Of a stretch of 64,000 nt of DNA, positions 9,792 through 18,932 are shown in pieces. The stretch is from Parcubacteria group bacterium GW2011_GWA2_40_23 (GTDB taxonomy: Bacteria > Patescibacteriota > Patescibacteriia > UBA11705 > JABHMO01). The notes under the pieces are model-generated. The model did no database searches. It had not been told where the DNA came from and saw only the letters and a program-made list of their open reading frames with translations. Where the stretch lies: positions 9,509-73,508 of the forward strand of contig LBYP01000003.1 in assembly GCA_000996245.1 (NCBI GenBank), in the 5' to 3' direction. The position numbers and the translations under genes are program-made. The first letter of the stretch is position 1. Each line of letters starts with the position of its first letter.

Positions 9792-10148
9792 TCAGCGACT
9801 ACGAATGAGCACTCCCTGGTTGCTGCCAACCGGGCCCGTGCAGGCGATCAGGTCGACGTTCTTGTTCCGGGCGTTTATGGCCCTGAAGGGGCAGGCCCAA
9901 GTGTCTTCCTGGGTGCACCCGAATTCTCGTGCGGGAGCCTTGCAGGCGCCCACCTGGATATCGGCGTACCCTTGCTTCTTCACCGCGGCGGAGACCGTCA
10001 CCGGATTCGGGGGCGATTCCATCGACTTCATGTACTTCACGAACGCAGGCACGGCCACCATCGCGACGACGGCCACCATCGCGACTACGATCATGAGCTC
10101 GATCAATGTGAAACCCTTCCTCATTCCGAACCCCCTTGTGTTGAGCAC
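9792..10148 (-). CDS. type IV pilin / pseudopilin-like protein (prepilin N-terminal cleavage-methylation motif)
   Basis: Leader MLNTRGFGMRKG, then FTLIELMIVVAMVAV (the G|FTLIE class III signal). 118 aa with 4 Cys. High GC. Confidence 0.55.
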   Translation of the reverse strand: MLNTRGFGMRKGFTLIELMIVVAMVAVVAMVAVPAFVKYMKSMESPPNPVTVSAAVKKQGYADIQVGACKAPAREFGCTQEDTWACPFRAINARNKNVDLIACTGPVGSNQGVLIRSR

Positions 10149-10182
10149 TATTGAGCGACGCTGTTGACAGTTGTCAGGAAGG

Positions 10183-10545
10183 TCACCAGCTACGAATCAG
10201 CACGCCGGTGTTGTCGCCGGCAGTACCTGTGCAAACGGTCAGGGTAACGCGCTCCTCTCGTACGTTCTTGGCAGAAACTAAACAGGCAAATCGGTCACTT
10301 TCAGGACAACCGAAGTACTCGGGTTTGTCCGAGCATTTGCTGACCGTGATGTCAGTGTATCCTTGGCGCTGTACGGCCAGGGTAATCGCGGATTTGTTCA
10401 TGGGCACTTTGGGAGCCCGTGGAGACAGAAACAAGTTGTAGAACATGACAGCAATAAGTGACACAGCCGCCGCGATCATCACTATTTCCATCGATGTGTT
10501 GTCCTTGGCACGTGGCATCTTGAACCTCCTTGTGTTGAGCACCAT
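10183..10545 (-). CDS. degenerate paralog of the adjacent pilin-like protein
   Basis: The leader (MVLNTRRFKMPRAK) and C-terminus (CTGTAGDNTGVLIRSW versus CTGPVGSNQGVLIRSR) are shared, but the G-F-T-L-I-E motif is degraded (NTSMEIVMIAAAV). High GC. Confidence 0.45.
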   Translation of the reverse strand: MVLNTRRFKMPRAKDNTSMEIVMIAAAVSLIAVMFYNLFLSPRAPKVPMNKSAITLAVQRQGYTDITVSKCSDKPEYFGCPESDRFACLVSAKNVREERVTLTVCTGTAGDNTGVLIRSW

Positions 10546-10631
10546 TTGAACACACCGTCTTCAACAGATAATCATGCCAGCAAAAAATAATTTTGTCAAT
10601 ACACTGAGGAGTACGGCGGTTCGAACAGGCG

Positions 10632-10943
10632 CTACCTCCTGGGCGGAGGCGGCGTGACGAGCGGCTTCTTCTTGCCGAAGATGAGGGCGAGGATGTAGAT
10701 CGCGCCGCCGACGCAGACGAGGATGAAGGCCCACTTCGCGATCCAGATGGCGATGGCTAGCACGATGGTGCCGGTCACGGCCTTTACCACGGCGCGGACG
10801 ATCTGCTTCTGTAGCGGCTCGTCGGGAGCCGTTTTCTGGAGGAAGAAGAGGATGAACGCGAGAGCCAGGCACCCGATAACCCACAACAGCATGACGCACC
10901 TCCTTCGAAGCGTTTGAGAACCAGCAACCACTCGCGAAGTCAT
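10632..10943 (-). CDS. hypothetical membrane protein (high GC); a likely true start is the internal Met at ~10892 (MLLWVIGCLALAF...)
   Basis: Two TM helices and a C-terminal KKKPLVTPPPPRR. Lies in the same high-GC island. Confidence 0.4.
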   Translation of the reverse strand: MTSRVVAGSQTLRRRCVMLLWVIGCLALAFILFFLQKTAPDEPLQKQIVRAVVKAVTGTIVLAIAIWIAKWAFILVCVGGAIYILALIFGKKKPLVTPPPPRR

Positions 10944-11098
10944 AATTTAGTATATAAAGAGATAAAAGTCAATAGCAAGCGTTGTATGGTTTTGTCGGGA
11001 CGAGTTGCGATTTGTTCCCGCGTAAATGAGGGGTTAGTTGCTCATCATTAAAAAATTCGGCACCAGTCATGAGAGACGGGTGCCGCGTAGGAATGTGT

Positions 11099-11434
11099 TT
11101 AGGACTTTTTCGCTTTGGGCTCTTTGAAGCTGTGGTAGGTTATCGCGATGGCGAGAAGAATCCCGAGAATAGGAACCCTTGTTGCCAGAAGGACACAAAT
11201 GACAGAGTTGAACCCTGCCACGCCAAGGAGATAGACCAACTTTTTCCAGAGAGGGGCTTTGGAAACAGCACGGAGCAAGTCCCTGAAGAGTTCATATCTT
11301 TCTTTGTAGAAAGATTTAGCTTCCGGAGTTTCCAGGAAAATGTATAGGCGCTTGTACATGAAGGAAAGAACAACGCTGAAGTAGAGGGCACCGAAGACGT
11401 AAAAGTAAACGATGTGCTCCCTAAAGACCTCCAT
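11099..11434 (-). CDS. small hypothetical membrane protein
   Basis: 111 aa, two hydrophobic helices, low-GC native composition. Confidence 0.4.
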   Translation of the reverse strand: MEVFREHIVYFYVFGALYFSVVLSFMYKRLYIFLETPEAKSFYKERYELFRDLLRAVSKAPLWKKLVYLLGVAGFNSVICVLLATRVPILGILLAIAITYHSFKEPKAKKS

Positions 11435-11666
11435 GATTCACCATGACACAGTCAATTGCATTAAAATTAGTATAGAGAGAGTACTTTGTCAATGTTGCCA
11501 TTGAATTTAAAAGCAAATTTAGATAAAATGGGAGCATAGCAACAAAAAATAGTTTTACGACAATCAAAAAACAATAAAACAATAAAACAAAAAGTTAACC
11601 ATAGGAGACTCCTTGCTTCTTTGTTTTCTTGCTTTATTGATTGTGTGCCAAGCAATTTAAAATACA

Positions 11667-13085
11667 ATGTCCGAAATAAACTCCAAAATCGCCCAAAACT
11701 CAATCATCCAACTAACAGGAAAACTAGTTAGTCTGGTTTTAGGTTTAGTGGCAGTGATGATAATGACTCGCTACCTCGGACAAGAGAAATTCGGATATTA
11801 TTATACGGTTGTAGCCTTCCTCCAATTTTTTGGAATACTTGTTGACTTTGGATTAACTTTGACGACAGTGCAAATGATTTCTGATTCGCGCTGGTCCCTT
11901 ACCCGTGTCATGAACTCAATCATGTCCTTTAGAATTATTACCGCGACAGCCTTCCTCGGACTGGCACCAATCATTGTTTGGTTTTTTCCATACAACAATT
12001 TTATTAAATGGGGCGTGTTAATTACAGTTTTTTCATTTTTCTGCATTACAGTTATTCAAGCATTGACTGGTGTCTTCCAACAAAAATTTAAAATGTTAGA
12101 AATAACAATCGCTGAAGTTGTTGGTCGAATCATTCTCGTCGCTGGTGTGGCCTTGACTGCTTATCTTGGTAAAAATATTTATTGGATTTTTTGGATGATT
12201 TCTATTGGCGCGGTTTTAAATTTGTTGATTGTATTTTTCTATTCACGAAAATATATTCAATGGAAATCAGAAGTTGATTTAGAAATTTGGAAAGTCTTGA
12301 TTCAAAAGTCTTGGCCAATTGCACTCGCTATTTCATTTAATTTGATTTATTTGAAGATGGATTCGATTATTCTTTCTTTGGTTAGAACACAATCAGAAGT
12401 TGGTTTGTATGGTGCAACCTATCGGGTGTTGGATATTCTGACAATGCTACCAGCCGTTCTTTTGGGAATTGCTTTGCCTGTTCTATCAAAATATTTTATT
12501 GATCATGAAATCGATAAGTTGAAAAATTTATTACAGAAAATTTTTGACGCGTTAATTATTTTTGCAGTGCCAATTGTTATTGGAACACAGATTGCCGGCC
12601 GCCCGATAATGGAATTTTTTGCGGGCAAAGATTTTTCTGTGTCCGGCGACATTTTAAGAGTTCTTATTTTGGCGGCCGGTGCCATTTTCGTCACCACTGT
12701 CTCTGGCTACGCTGTTATCGCTGTTCAAAAACAAAAACCCATGACTTGGGGTTATTTAACTGCAGCAGTTTTAACTCTCGCCGGTTATTTATATTTCATT
12801 CCTAAATTCGGTTATTGGGGTGCGGCCTGGATGACAGTTTTTTCTGAAATTTTAATTATGATCTGGTCAACTGTTCTTGTTTATAAAACAATTCAGTTTG
12901 TTCCCGGCTTAAATATTTTTTGGCGTTCGCTTGTTCCAACTCTTGTTATGACGATAGCTCTTTACTTGTGCCGAGATTTGCATGCCCTCTGGTTGATTTT
13001 GATTGCAATCATAGTTTATTTTCCATTATTATATTTATTCCGTGGTTTTGACCCCAAGCATTTTCGTGGTTTGTTGCGTTCGTAG
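11667..13085 (+). CDS. oligosaccharide flippase (Wzx / polysaccharide biosynthesis protein family, MOP superfamily)
   Basis: 472 aa, ~12-14 TM segments, N-terminal region typical of PF01943. Confidence 0.65.
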   Translation: MSEINSKIAQNSIIQLTGKLVSLVLGLVAVMIMTRYLGQEKFGYYYTVVAFLQFFGILVDFGLTLTTVQMISDSRWSLTRVMNSIMSFRIITATAFLGLAPIIVWFFPYNNFIKWGVLITVFSFFCITVIQALTGVFQQKFKMLEITIAEVVGRIILVAGVALTAYLGKNIYWIFWMISIGAVLNLLIVFFYSRKYIQWKSEVDLEIWKVLIQKSWPIALAISFNLIYLKMDSIILSLVRTQSEVGLYGATYRVLDILTMLPAVLLGIALPVLSKYFIDHEIDKLKNLLQKIFDALIIFAVPIVIGTQIAGRPIMEFFAGKDFSVSGDILRVLILAAGAIFVTTVSGYAVIAVQKQKPMTWGYLTAAVLTLAGYLYFIPKFGYWGAAWMTVFSEILIMIWSTVLVYKTIQFVPGLNIFWRSLVPTLVMTIALYLCRDLHALWLILIAIIVYFPLLYLFRGFDPKHFRGLLRS

Positions 13086-13127
13086 GGGCTTGTAGGGGCT
13101 CAAGAGATTGAGCCCAGGCTAAAATAT

Positions 13128-14549
13128 ATGTTATACATCCTCATTATCTTCGTACTCTTATTCGCCTACCTCGCCTGGCGCAAACCAATCTGGGCCCTGT
13201 CTTTTGTTGTTTTGGCTTTACCAACATATCTTCTGCGGTTCGAGATTCGAAATATTCCGACAACATTACTCGAAATCATGATTTTAGTTTTGTTTGTCGT
13301 CTGGCTTATCAAAACAATTTTAGAAAAACAAAAAATAACTTTTAGCAAATACAAATGGTGGATTCTGTTGTTGCTTGTCGTTGCGACAGTTTCCGCCTTT
13401 GTGACTTCGGTAGGGGCTCAAAATTTTGAGCCCCTACCGTGGGGAATTTGGAAAGCCTATTTTATTGAACCAATTTTATTCTTCTTGGTGTTTATCAATA
13501 CAGTAAAAACAAAAAAAGAGTGGAACTTAGTCGTTGGTGCGCTATGGTTATCCGCTTTTTTGGTAGCGATTCCCGCAATCATCCAAAAATTTACTGGCTG
13601 GGGAATACCAAATGAGTTTTGGCGAAATGAAGCTACTCGTCGCATCACTTCTTGGTATGGATTTCCCAATGCTGTTGGTTTATATCTGGCGCCAATAGGC
13701 ATGTTCTTTGCTGGATTGTTAATGCAAAATAAAATTAATGTTATTGAAAAATTTAAACAAAACGGTCTTGTAGGGATAGGTCGTGACCTGTCCCCCTTCC
13801 GGAAAAATTTTTGGAAAACAATATCAATTTTATTTTTATTTGTTTTAATTGTGCTGTCTTTAATTTTCGCTGGTTCAGAGGGAGCGCTCATCGGTCTTGT
13901 CGCCGGACTAATTTTCCTTGGTCTTGTCTATCCCTATCGTTTAACAAGAATTGCGACGCTAATATGTTTGCTTTCTTGCTTTCTTGCTTTCTTGATTGTC
14001 CCCAACTGGCGAGAATACGCCTCTGAGAAGTTTACTATGAGTGACCGCTCCGGCCAAATCCGCCAGCAACAGTGGAAGGAAACTTGGACGATGTTAAAAG
14101 AGGATCACCAAATTCTCGGAGGAGGTTTGGCGAATTATCAAACAGCGATTAAGCCGTATCATGCCGAAGGAATTTGGATTAAAGATAAAAATGATCATGA
14201 TTGGATTAATAAAATTAGAATAAGTGAAGAATTTAGAATCAAAAACTGGCAACCAACTGAAATTTATTTATATCCACATAATATTTTGTTAAATTTCTGG
14301 TCCGAAATCGGAATTTTAGGGGCTGGAATAATGTTAGTTTTAGTGCTAAAGTTGTTCCTCGGATACCTGCGAGTCAAAAGTCAGGAAAACAAAAGGATGT
14401 ATTTGATTTTAATGTCAGTTTTTGTCGTTATTCTTGTTCATGGTTTAGTCGACGTGCCGTATTTTAAAAATGATTTAAGTGTGTTTTGGTGGATGTTGTT
14501 TGGTCTAAGTGTGGTATTAATTAAAAGAAAAGAAATATTAATAAAGTAG
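13128..14549 (+). CDS. O-antigen ligase-like (Wzy_C) polytopic membrane protein
   Basis: 473 aa, many TM helices, a large loop with GSEGALIGLVAGLIFLG. Contains in-frame copies of two palindromic repeat families (see findings). Confidence 0.55.
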   Translation: MLYILIIFVLLFAYLAWRKPIWALSFVVLALPTYLLRFEIRNIPTTLLEIMILVLFVVWLIKTILEKQKITFSKYKWWILLLLVVATVSAFVTSVGAQNFEPLPWGIWKAYFIEPILFFLVFINTVKTKKEWNLVVGALWLSAFLVAIPAIIQKFTGWGIPNEFWRNEATRRITSWYGFPNAVGLYLAPIGMFFAGLLMQNKINVIEKFKQNGLVGIGRDLSPFRKNFWKTISILFLFVLIVLSLIFAGSEGALIGLVAGLIFLGLVYPYRLTRIATLICLLSCFLAFLIVPNWREYASEKFTMSDRSGQIRQQQWKETWTMLKEDHQILGGGLANYQTAIKPYHAEGIWIKDKNDHDWINKIRISEEFRIKNWQPTEIYLYPHNILLNFWSEIGILGAGIMLVLVLKLFLGYLRVKSQENKRMYLILMSVFVVILVHGLVDVPYFKNDLSVFWWMLFGLSVVLIKRKEILIK

Positions 14550-14553
14550 AGAT

Positions 14554-15444
14554 ATGTTTCAAGAAGGAATGATGCCAACGGCGGCTGGTCCAAAAGATCC
14601 AGTCATGGAAGCAGCCGTTTACGCTGCACAAATTAAAGGACATGAAAAAATTAGAGTTTATCATAACGATGGACATGTTTTATTTGAGGGGACTCCGAGG
14701 GAAGTGGCAAATTTTTGGGGTATTGGTGGTTTAGCGCGAGTGGAGGAGGTTGGTTCCATTGCGGATGCCGAAGGGCAAACAATTGTTAAGATTAACAATA
14801 CAAATGAATCAGGGTCTATTGCGAGAAATAAAGTTGAAATGATTATGGGTGCTTTAGCAATGGATATAGAAGATGCTGATATTGCTCAAGACCGTGCAGC
14901 CGGTTGTACATTGTCGCCAGAAGAACAAGAAGCAGAATTACGTCGTTGTTATTCAATTAAAAAACAGGTTGAAGCTAAACATGGAGAAAAGTTACAGGAA
15001 CATTTACTTATGATGTCATTGGGAATTAACCCTGAAAATGAAGAACCGCTTTTTAGAACAGTTTCTGGTGAAGTTGGTCATAATTTTGAGGCACATGGTA
15101 TCGAGAAAAATGATCAATTAGAAAAATTATTAGCCTTACTTGAGAATGGTATTAATAAAGAGAAACCATTCTCAACAGCGCCATTTGAATTACCTCCGAC
15201 AGAACGAGGCGTAGCCATGGCTGAGCATAAAGTTGGTAGTGGGGTTTGTTATCAGAGCGGAATGGCTGTAGTCACTGGGGGTTACAGAGAAGGCTTAGTT
15301 GAGCGCGGCATTAAATACGTTTTTATCAATGATGTTTATGCAGAACTTTTGGCTCCACTGCGAAAATTATTTCCACAGTACAAAATTCATTTATTAAGTT
15401 TTCAAAAAGAAGTTTTGGATACGGAATTTGTTGAACATAATTAG
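14554..15444 (+). CDS. hypothetical protein
   Basis: Long ORF (296 aa) with native codon usage and no recognisable motif. Confidence 0.4.
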   Translation: MFQEGMMPTAAGPKDPVMEAAVYAAQIKGHEKIRVYHNDGHVLFEGTPREVANFWGIGGLARVEEVGSIADAEGQTIVKINNTNESGSIARNKVEMIMGALAMDIEDADIAQDRAAGCTLSPEEQEAELRRCYSIKKQVEAKHGEKLQEHLLMMSLGINPENEEPLFRTVSGEVGHNFEAHGIEKNDQLEKLLALLENGINKEKPFSTAPFELPPTERGVAMAEHKVGSGVCYQSGMAVVTGGYREGLVERGIKYVFINDVYAELLAPLRKLFPQYKIHLLSFQKEVLDTEFVEHN

Positions 15445-15459
15445 CCATTCCAAAAGAAT

Positions 15460-16065
15460 ATGAACAAGATAATTTAAATTGGTGGTGCTCCAACAGTAGG
15501 GAAATCATTTGTTGCTCAAAAACTTTCCGAAGATTTGAAACTGCCTTGGATTTCGACTGATATTATCCGCACTATAATGCAGAAAACGGTTAAGAAAGTT
15601 GATTATCCAGACTTATTTTATCCTGCTATGGATGAAGCACAAGACTATTTAGGAAAAAAGAGCTCGCAAAAAATTGTTGATGATCAAAACAAAGAAAGCG
15701 CAGTGGTTTGGCGTGGTGTTGAGGCGATGATAAGAACTCAGGATACGTGGGAATCATATATAATAGAAGGCGTCGCTATTTTGCCAGAGTATGTCTCTCT
15801 CGTAAGCAAGGAAGTCGAGAACATTCAGCCTTTCTTTTTGTACGAAGAACGAGTAGAGCGGATTCGTGAAGTAATTTTTACGCGTGGATTATGGGACGAA
15901 GCAGATAAATATTCAAAGGAATTAAAAGAAAAAGAAGTTGAGTGGGTTCTTTTGTTCAATCAGTTCATTAAAGACGAAGCGACAAAATATGGTTTTCCAT
16001 TAATTCAATACAAGGATGACGGTTCGTATTTTGAAGAGATAAAGAAGTTGTTCAAAGTGTTGTAA
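15460..16065 (+). pseudogene. P-loop kinase-like NTPase whose N-terminus is interrupted by an in-frame TAA (MNKII*IGGAPTVGKS...)
   Basis: ATG at 15460. TAA at 15475-15477 sits in-frame directly before the Walker A IGGAPTVGKSFVAQ. The ORF track only finds a TTG-initiated remainder from 15535. Confidence 0.4.
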
Positions 16066-16152
16066 TTGTTTACCCAGCACTTTAAGGGAACACTTAATAG
16101 TACAGGGTTATATCGCTTCGCTTGTAGTCAGTATCTTAAAATTAAAAAATAT

Positions 16153-16242
16153 GGAGGCGTGGCTGAGTGGTCGAAAGCACCGCATTCGAAACGCGGCAGA
16201 TCTTAACCGGTCTCAGGGGTTCAAATCCTCTCGCCTCCGCCA
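16153..16242 (+). tRNA. tRNA-Ser (anticodon CGA), long variable arm
   Basis: Acceptor GGAGGCG/CGCCUCC. Anticodon loop UUCGAAA. Long extra arm CAGAUCUUAACCGGUCUCA. T-arm GGGGUUCAAAUCCUC. Discriminator G followed by CCA. Confidence 0.85.
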
Positions 16243-16309
16243 TGAAGTACACACGGAGTGTGACTTCATGGTATACCATATTTGTTCAGATGTTTTGTAA
16301 AATAAATAC

Positions 16310-17248
16310 ATGAATACAAATCTTTTTAGAACAGAGGAAGAGCGAAAAGTCACTCTTACACCCAAAGAGCTGAAGAATATTCTTGGTGTTGATCCGCAGT
16401 TTGAATCTGTTTCCGAAGCGGTTTACTTTGATAACTACGATCTACCATGTCCAGTAAGGGTGAGCGTAACCACTAAAGACAAAAAAGTAGTAATGATAGT
16501 TCTTAGAAAGAATCGACACGGCGGTATAAAAAACGAAGTAAAAATCTTCCGCGCACTAAAAGAGTTTGGTCTTCCTGTCCCCGAAGTTCTAGTTGAACCT
16601 TTTAAAAATGAAGAAGGCGAGTATGTTGCTATTTTGTCGCTTTTACCAGGAGAAAATCTTCAGAAACTAGGAATGCGATCTGATGAAGGTTTAGCACAAG
16701 CAAAAGAATTGCTTGTGCAGGCCGTAATTACTCTTACCACCGCCACAGATTTTATTAGAAAACATGAAGTATCTAAGATTATTCCAAATATCTCATTAAT
16801 GAAAGAGTTGGCAGACGTAAATGTTGAAGAAAATTCGTGGTTTAAGGAAGAAGTTTTTCAGACCGCAGTCGAAAAACTAAAAAGTATTCTTGAGGATATT
16901 ACAACTCCGTTAGTACTTTCAAATGGAGATTATCAGCCAGGTAATTTTTTGGCAAAGGACGGAGAAATTACCGGTTTCCTCGATTTTGAATCGCTATCAT
17001 TTCAAGACCCGCTAATGGGTTTTGTAAAATATCCGATTTATGATTTACTTCCATTATCTCGAACAGATGTAGTTAAAATATTCTTAGATAAAAAAGGATT
17101 TTCTGAAAAAGACTTTAGTTGTCGCTTGGCTTTGGGATGTTTGAAAGTTCTCAAAAAAGAAATTCCTGTTTCGGGAGGTGATGAAGAAACTCAAGAGTAC
17201 AGAAATAGAACCCTGACCCTTCTGAAGAAAAGTTTGAACTCTCTATGA
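16310..17248 (+). CDS. phosphotransferase-family (APH/choline-kinase-like) protein kinase-fold enzyme
   Basis: Catalytic loop NGDYQPGNFL and a DFE(S) motif (GFLDFESL). 312 aa. Confidence 0.5.
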   Translation: MNTNLFRTEEERKVTLTPKELKNILGVDPQFESVSEAVYFDNYDLPCPVRVSVTTKDKKVVMIVLRKNRHGGIKNEVKIFRALKEFGLPVPEVLVEPFKNEEGEYVAILSLLPGENLQKLGMRSDEGLAQAKELLVQAVITLTTATDFIRKHEVSKIIPNISLMKELADVNVEENSWFKEEVFQTAVEKLKSILEDITTPLVLSNGDYQPGNFLAKDGEITGFLDFESLSFQDPLMGFVKYPIYDLLPLSRTDVVKIFLDKKGFSEKDFSCRLALGCLKVLKKEIPVSGGDEETQEYRNRTLTLLKKSLNSL

Positions 17249-17309
17249 GAAAGTCACAAATAGATTAAATGATGACGTGGTTAACCAGAATTAAAATTAA
17301 AGTTAATTT

Positions 17310-18512
17310 ATGAAACTCAACAGATTTTTACAAATTGGAATTTTTTGTGTCATTGTTGTGTTGGTAATAGGGGGAGTTTTTTATTTATCAACGAATAGCA
17401 CCTCTTCCTCAATCGCCGCTATCATCGAAAATTCGCCGATGAACTTTATTTTTAAAGAAAAGATACCGGAAATAACAAAAACTGAAGCAGTGATAGTTTC
17501 TGTTGGTGACATTTTCATGCATGACAATAATTTATTTGCAGCCTACAACAAAACCACCAAAAAATATAACTTTGATTCTGTTTTTTCAGCAACTAATAAT
17601 TATTTTAAAGATGCTGACGTCTCGACTACCTGGCTTGGTGCGGTTTATAGTCCAATAGGACCATATTTAGGCTACCCTTTATTTAAATCCCCGGTTGAGC
17701 TTATCGACACCTTACAAAACATTGAATTGGATGTGGCATTTAGAACCAATCACACCATGGACTTTGGTGTTAAGGGGTTGAATGAAACAACGCAAATTCT
17801 TAAAGATCACAATATCAACCAAGTGGCGGCGTATGATACAGAAGATTCCAGTAAAGAGATTTATGTTTATAAAAAAGATGATTTAAAAATTTCTTTCCTC
17901 GGATATATTTATGGTATGAACGGGTTGCCAATTAAAGAACCATGGATGATTAACTTGATCGATTTGGAAAAAATAAAAAATGATATTGCCAAAGCTAAAA
18001 CACAATCAGACTTTGTTGTCGTGGCTCTACATTTTGGTAACGAATATCAGAGGTTTCCTAGCGATTGGCAAAAAGAAACCGCTCAACAAATTGCTGACTT
18101 TGGTGCAGACATGATTATTGGTTCTCATCCGCACGTTATGCAACCAGCAGATGTAATAACCGCAAGCGATGGAAGAAAAGTTTTTGTGGCTTATGGGTTA
18201 GGGAACTTTTACTGTGGTCAAAGAGAACAATTTACAGATGCTGGTATGGTATTACGATATACAATTGAGAAAACAGAGGGGAAGACAAGTTTAAAAGATG
18301 TTGCTTATGTTCCAACCTGGGTGGCGCAGTACAAAGAAAATGGCCGAACGCAGTTTAAGGTTTTACCAAGTAAGGAATATATAAAATTATACGAAGAGAA
18401 AAAGGCAGATTTTCTTTCTGTGGCGAATTACAATCGTTTAAAGCAAACTTATCAGGAAACAGTAAAACATTTGGATAATCTCAGAATTGGTTTTGTGGAA
18501 TATCAGAAGTAA
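17310..18512 (+). CDS. CapA-family metallophosphoesterase (poly-gamma-glutamate capsule synthesis protein-like)
   Basis: N-terminal TM, then VGDIFMHD and GSHPHVMQP motifs. 400 aa. Confidence 0.6.
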   Translation: MKLNRFLQIGIFCVIVVLVIGGVFYLSTNSTSSSIAAIIENSPMNFIFKEKIPEITKTEAVIVSVGDIFMHDNNLFAAYNKTTKKYNFDSVFSATNNYFKDADVSTTWLGAVYSPIGPYLGYPLFKSPVELIDTLQNIELDVAFRTNHTMDFGVKGLNETTQILKDHNINQVAAYDTEDSSKEIYVYKKDDLKISFLGYIYGMNGLPIKEPWMINLIDLEKIKNDIAKAKTQSDFVVVALHFGNEYQRFPSDWQKETAQQIADFGADMIIGSHPHVMQPADVITASDGRKVFVAYGLGNFYCGQREQFTDAGMVLRYTIEKTEGKTSLKDVAYVPTWVAQYKENGRTQFKVLPSKEYIKLYEEKKADFLSVANYNRLKQTYQETVKHLDNLRIGFVEYQK

Positions 18513-18560
18513 TTATTCTAATATCATCTAAATTGGACTTTTTTATACAGTAATAGTTAA

Positions 18561-18728
18561 AATGATGTATATGAAAAATATACAAAAAGAACTGGTGCTC
18601 TTTGAGCGCTTTTACATTCGTCGTTGTTATGATGAAAAGACGGAAACATGGTATTTTTCGGTTATTGATATTATCGCAGCTTTAATTGAGCAAGCTGATT
18701 TTAAGTGCGCACAGAGTTATTGAACAAC
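18561..18728 (+). pseudogene. truncated Bro-N/DinD-like fragment (55 aa), homologous to the N-terminus of ORF 55049-55876
   Basis: ELVLFERFYIRRCYDEKTETWYFSVIDIIAALIEQ aligns with LTIFEGKQIRRLWDEEKELWYFSVIDVISALTDS. It is not in the ORF track because it is under 60 aa. Confidence 0.5.
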
Positions 18729-18932
18729 ACTAAAAAGTCGTCTAAAGAAGGAAGGGAATCAGTCGGTCACAAAATGTGACCAACTGAAAATGTTATTTGG
18801 GTGAGAATTAAAAAATCACAGTCCATCATTTAATCATGTAAATCATAGTACCGAAAGAAGGGTTAAATATTGCCCTTGCCTCGCCAACCAGTAATTGATT
18901 CAATAAAAAGGTTAATTTGGAAATAATATATT

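Noticed and set aside
9582-10441. Plus-strand ORFs (9582-10154, 9772-10167, 10151-10441) across the high-GC island
   Set aside because: High-GC DNA yields long ORFs on both strands. The minus-strand frames carry a canonical prepilin signal and TM helices, whereas the plus-strand frames are low-complexity (His/Arg/Asp runs, TATIATTATIATT).
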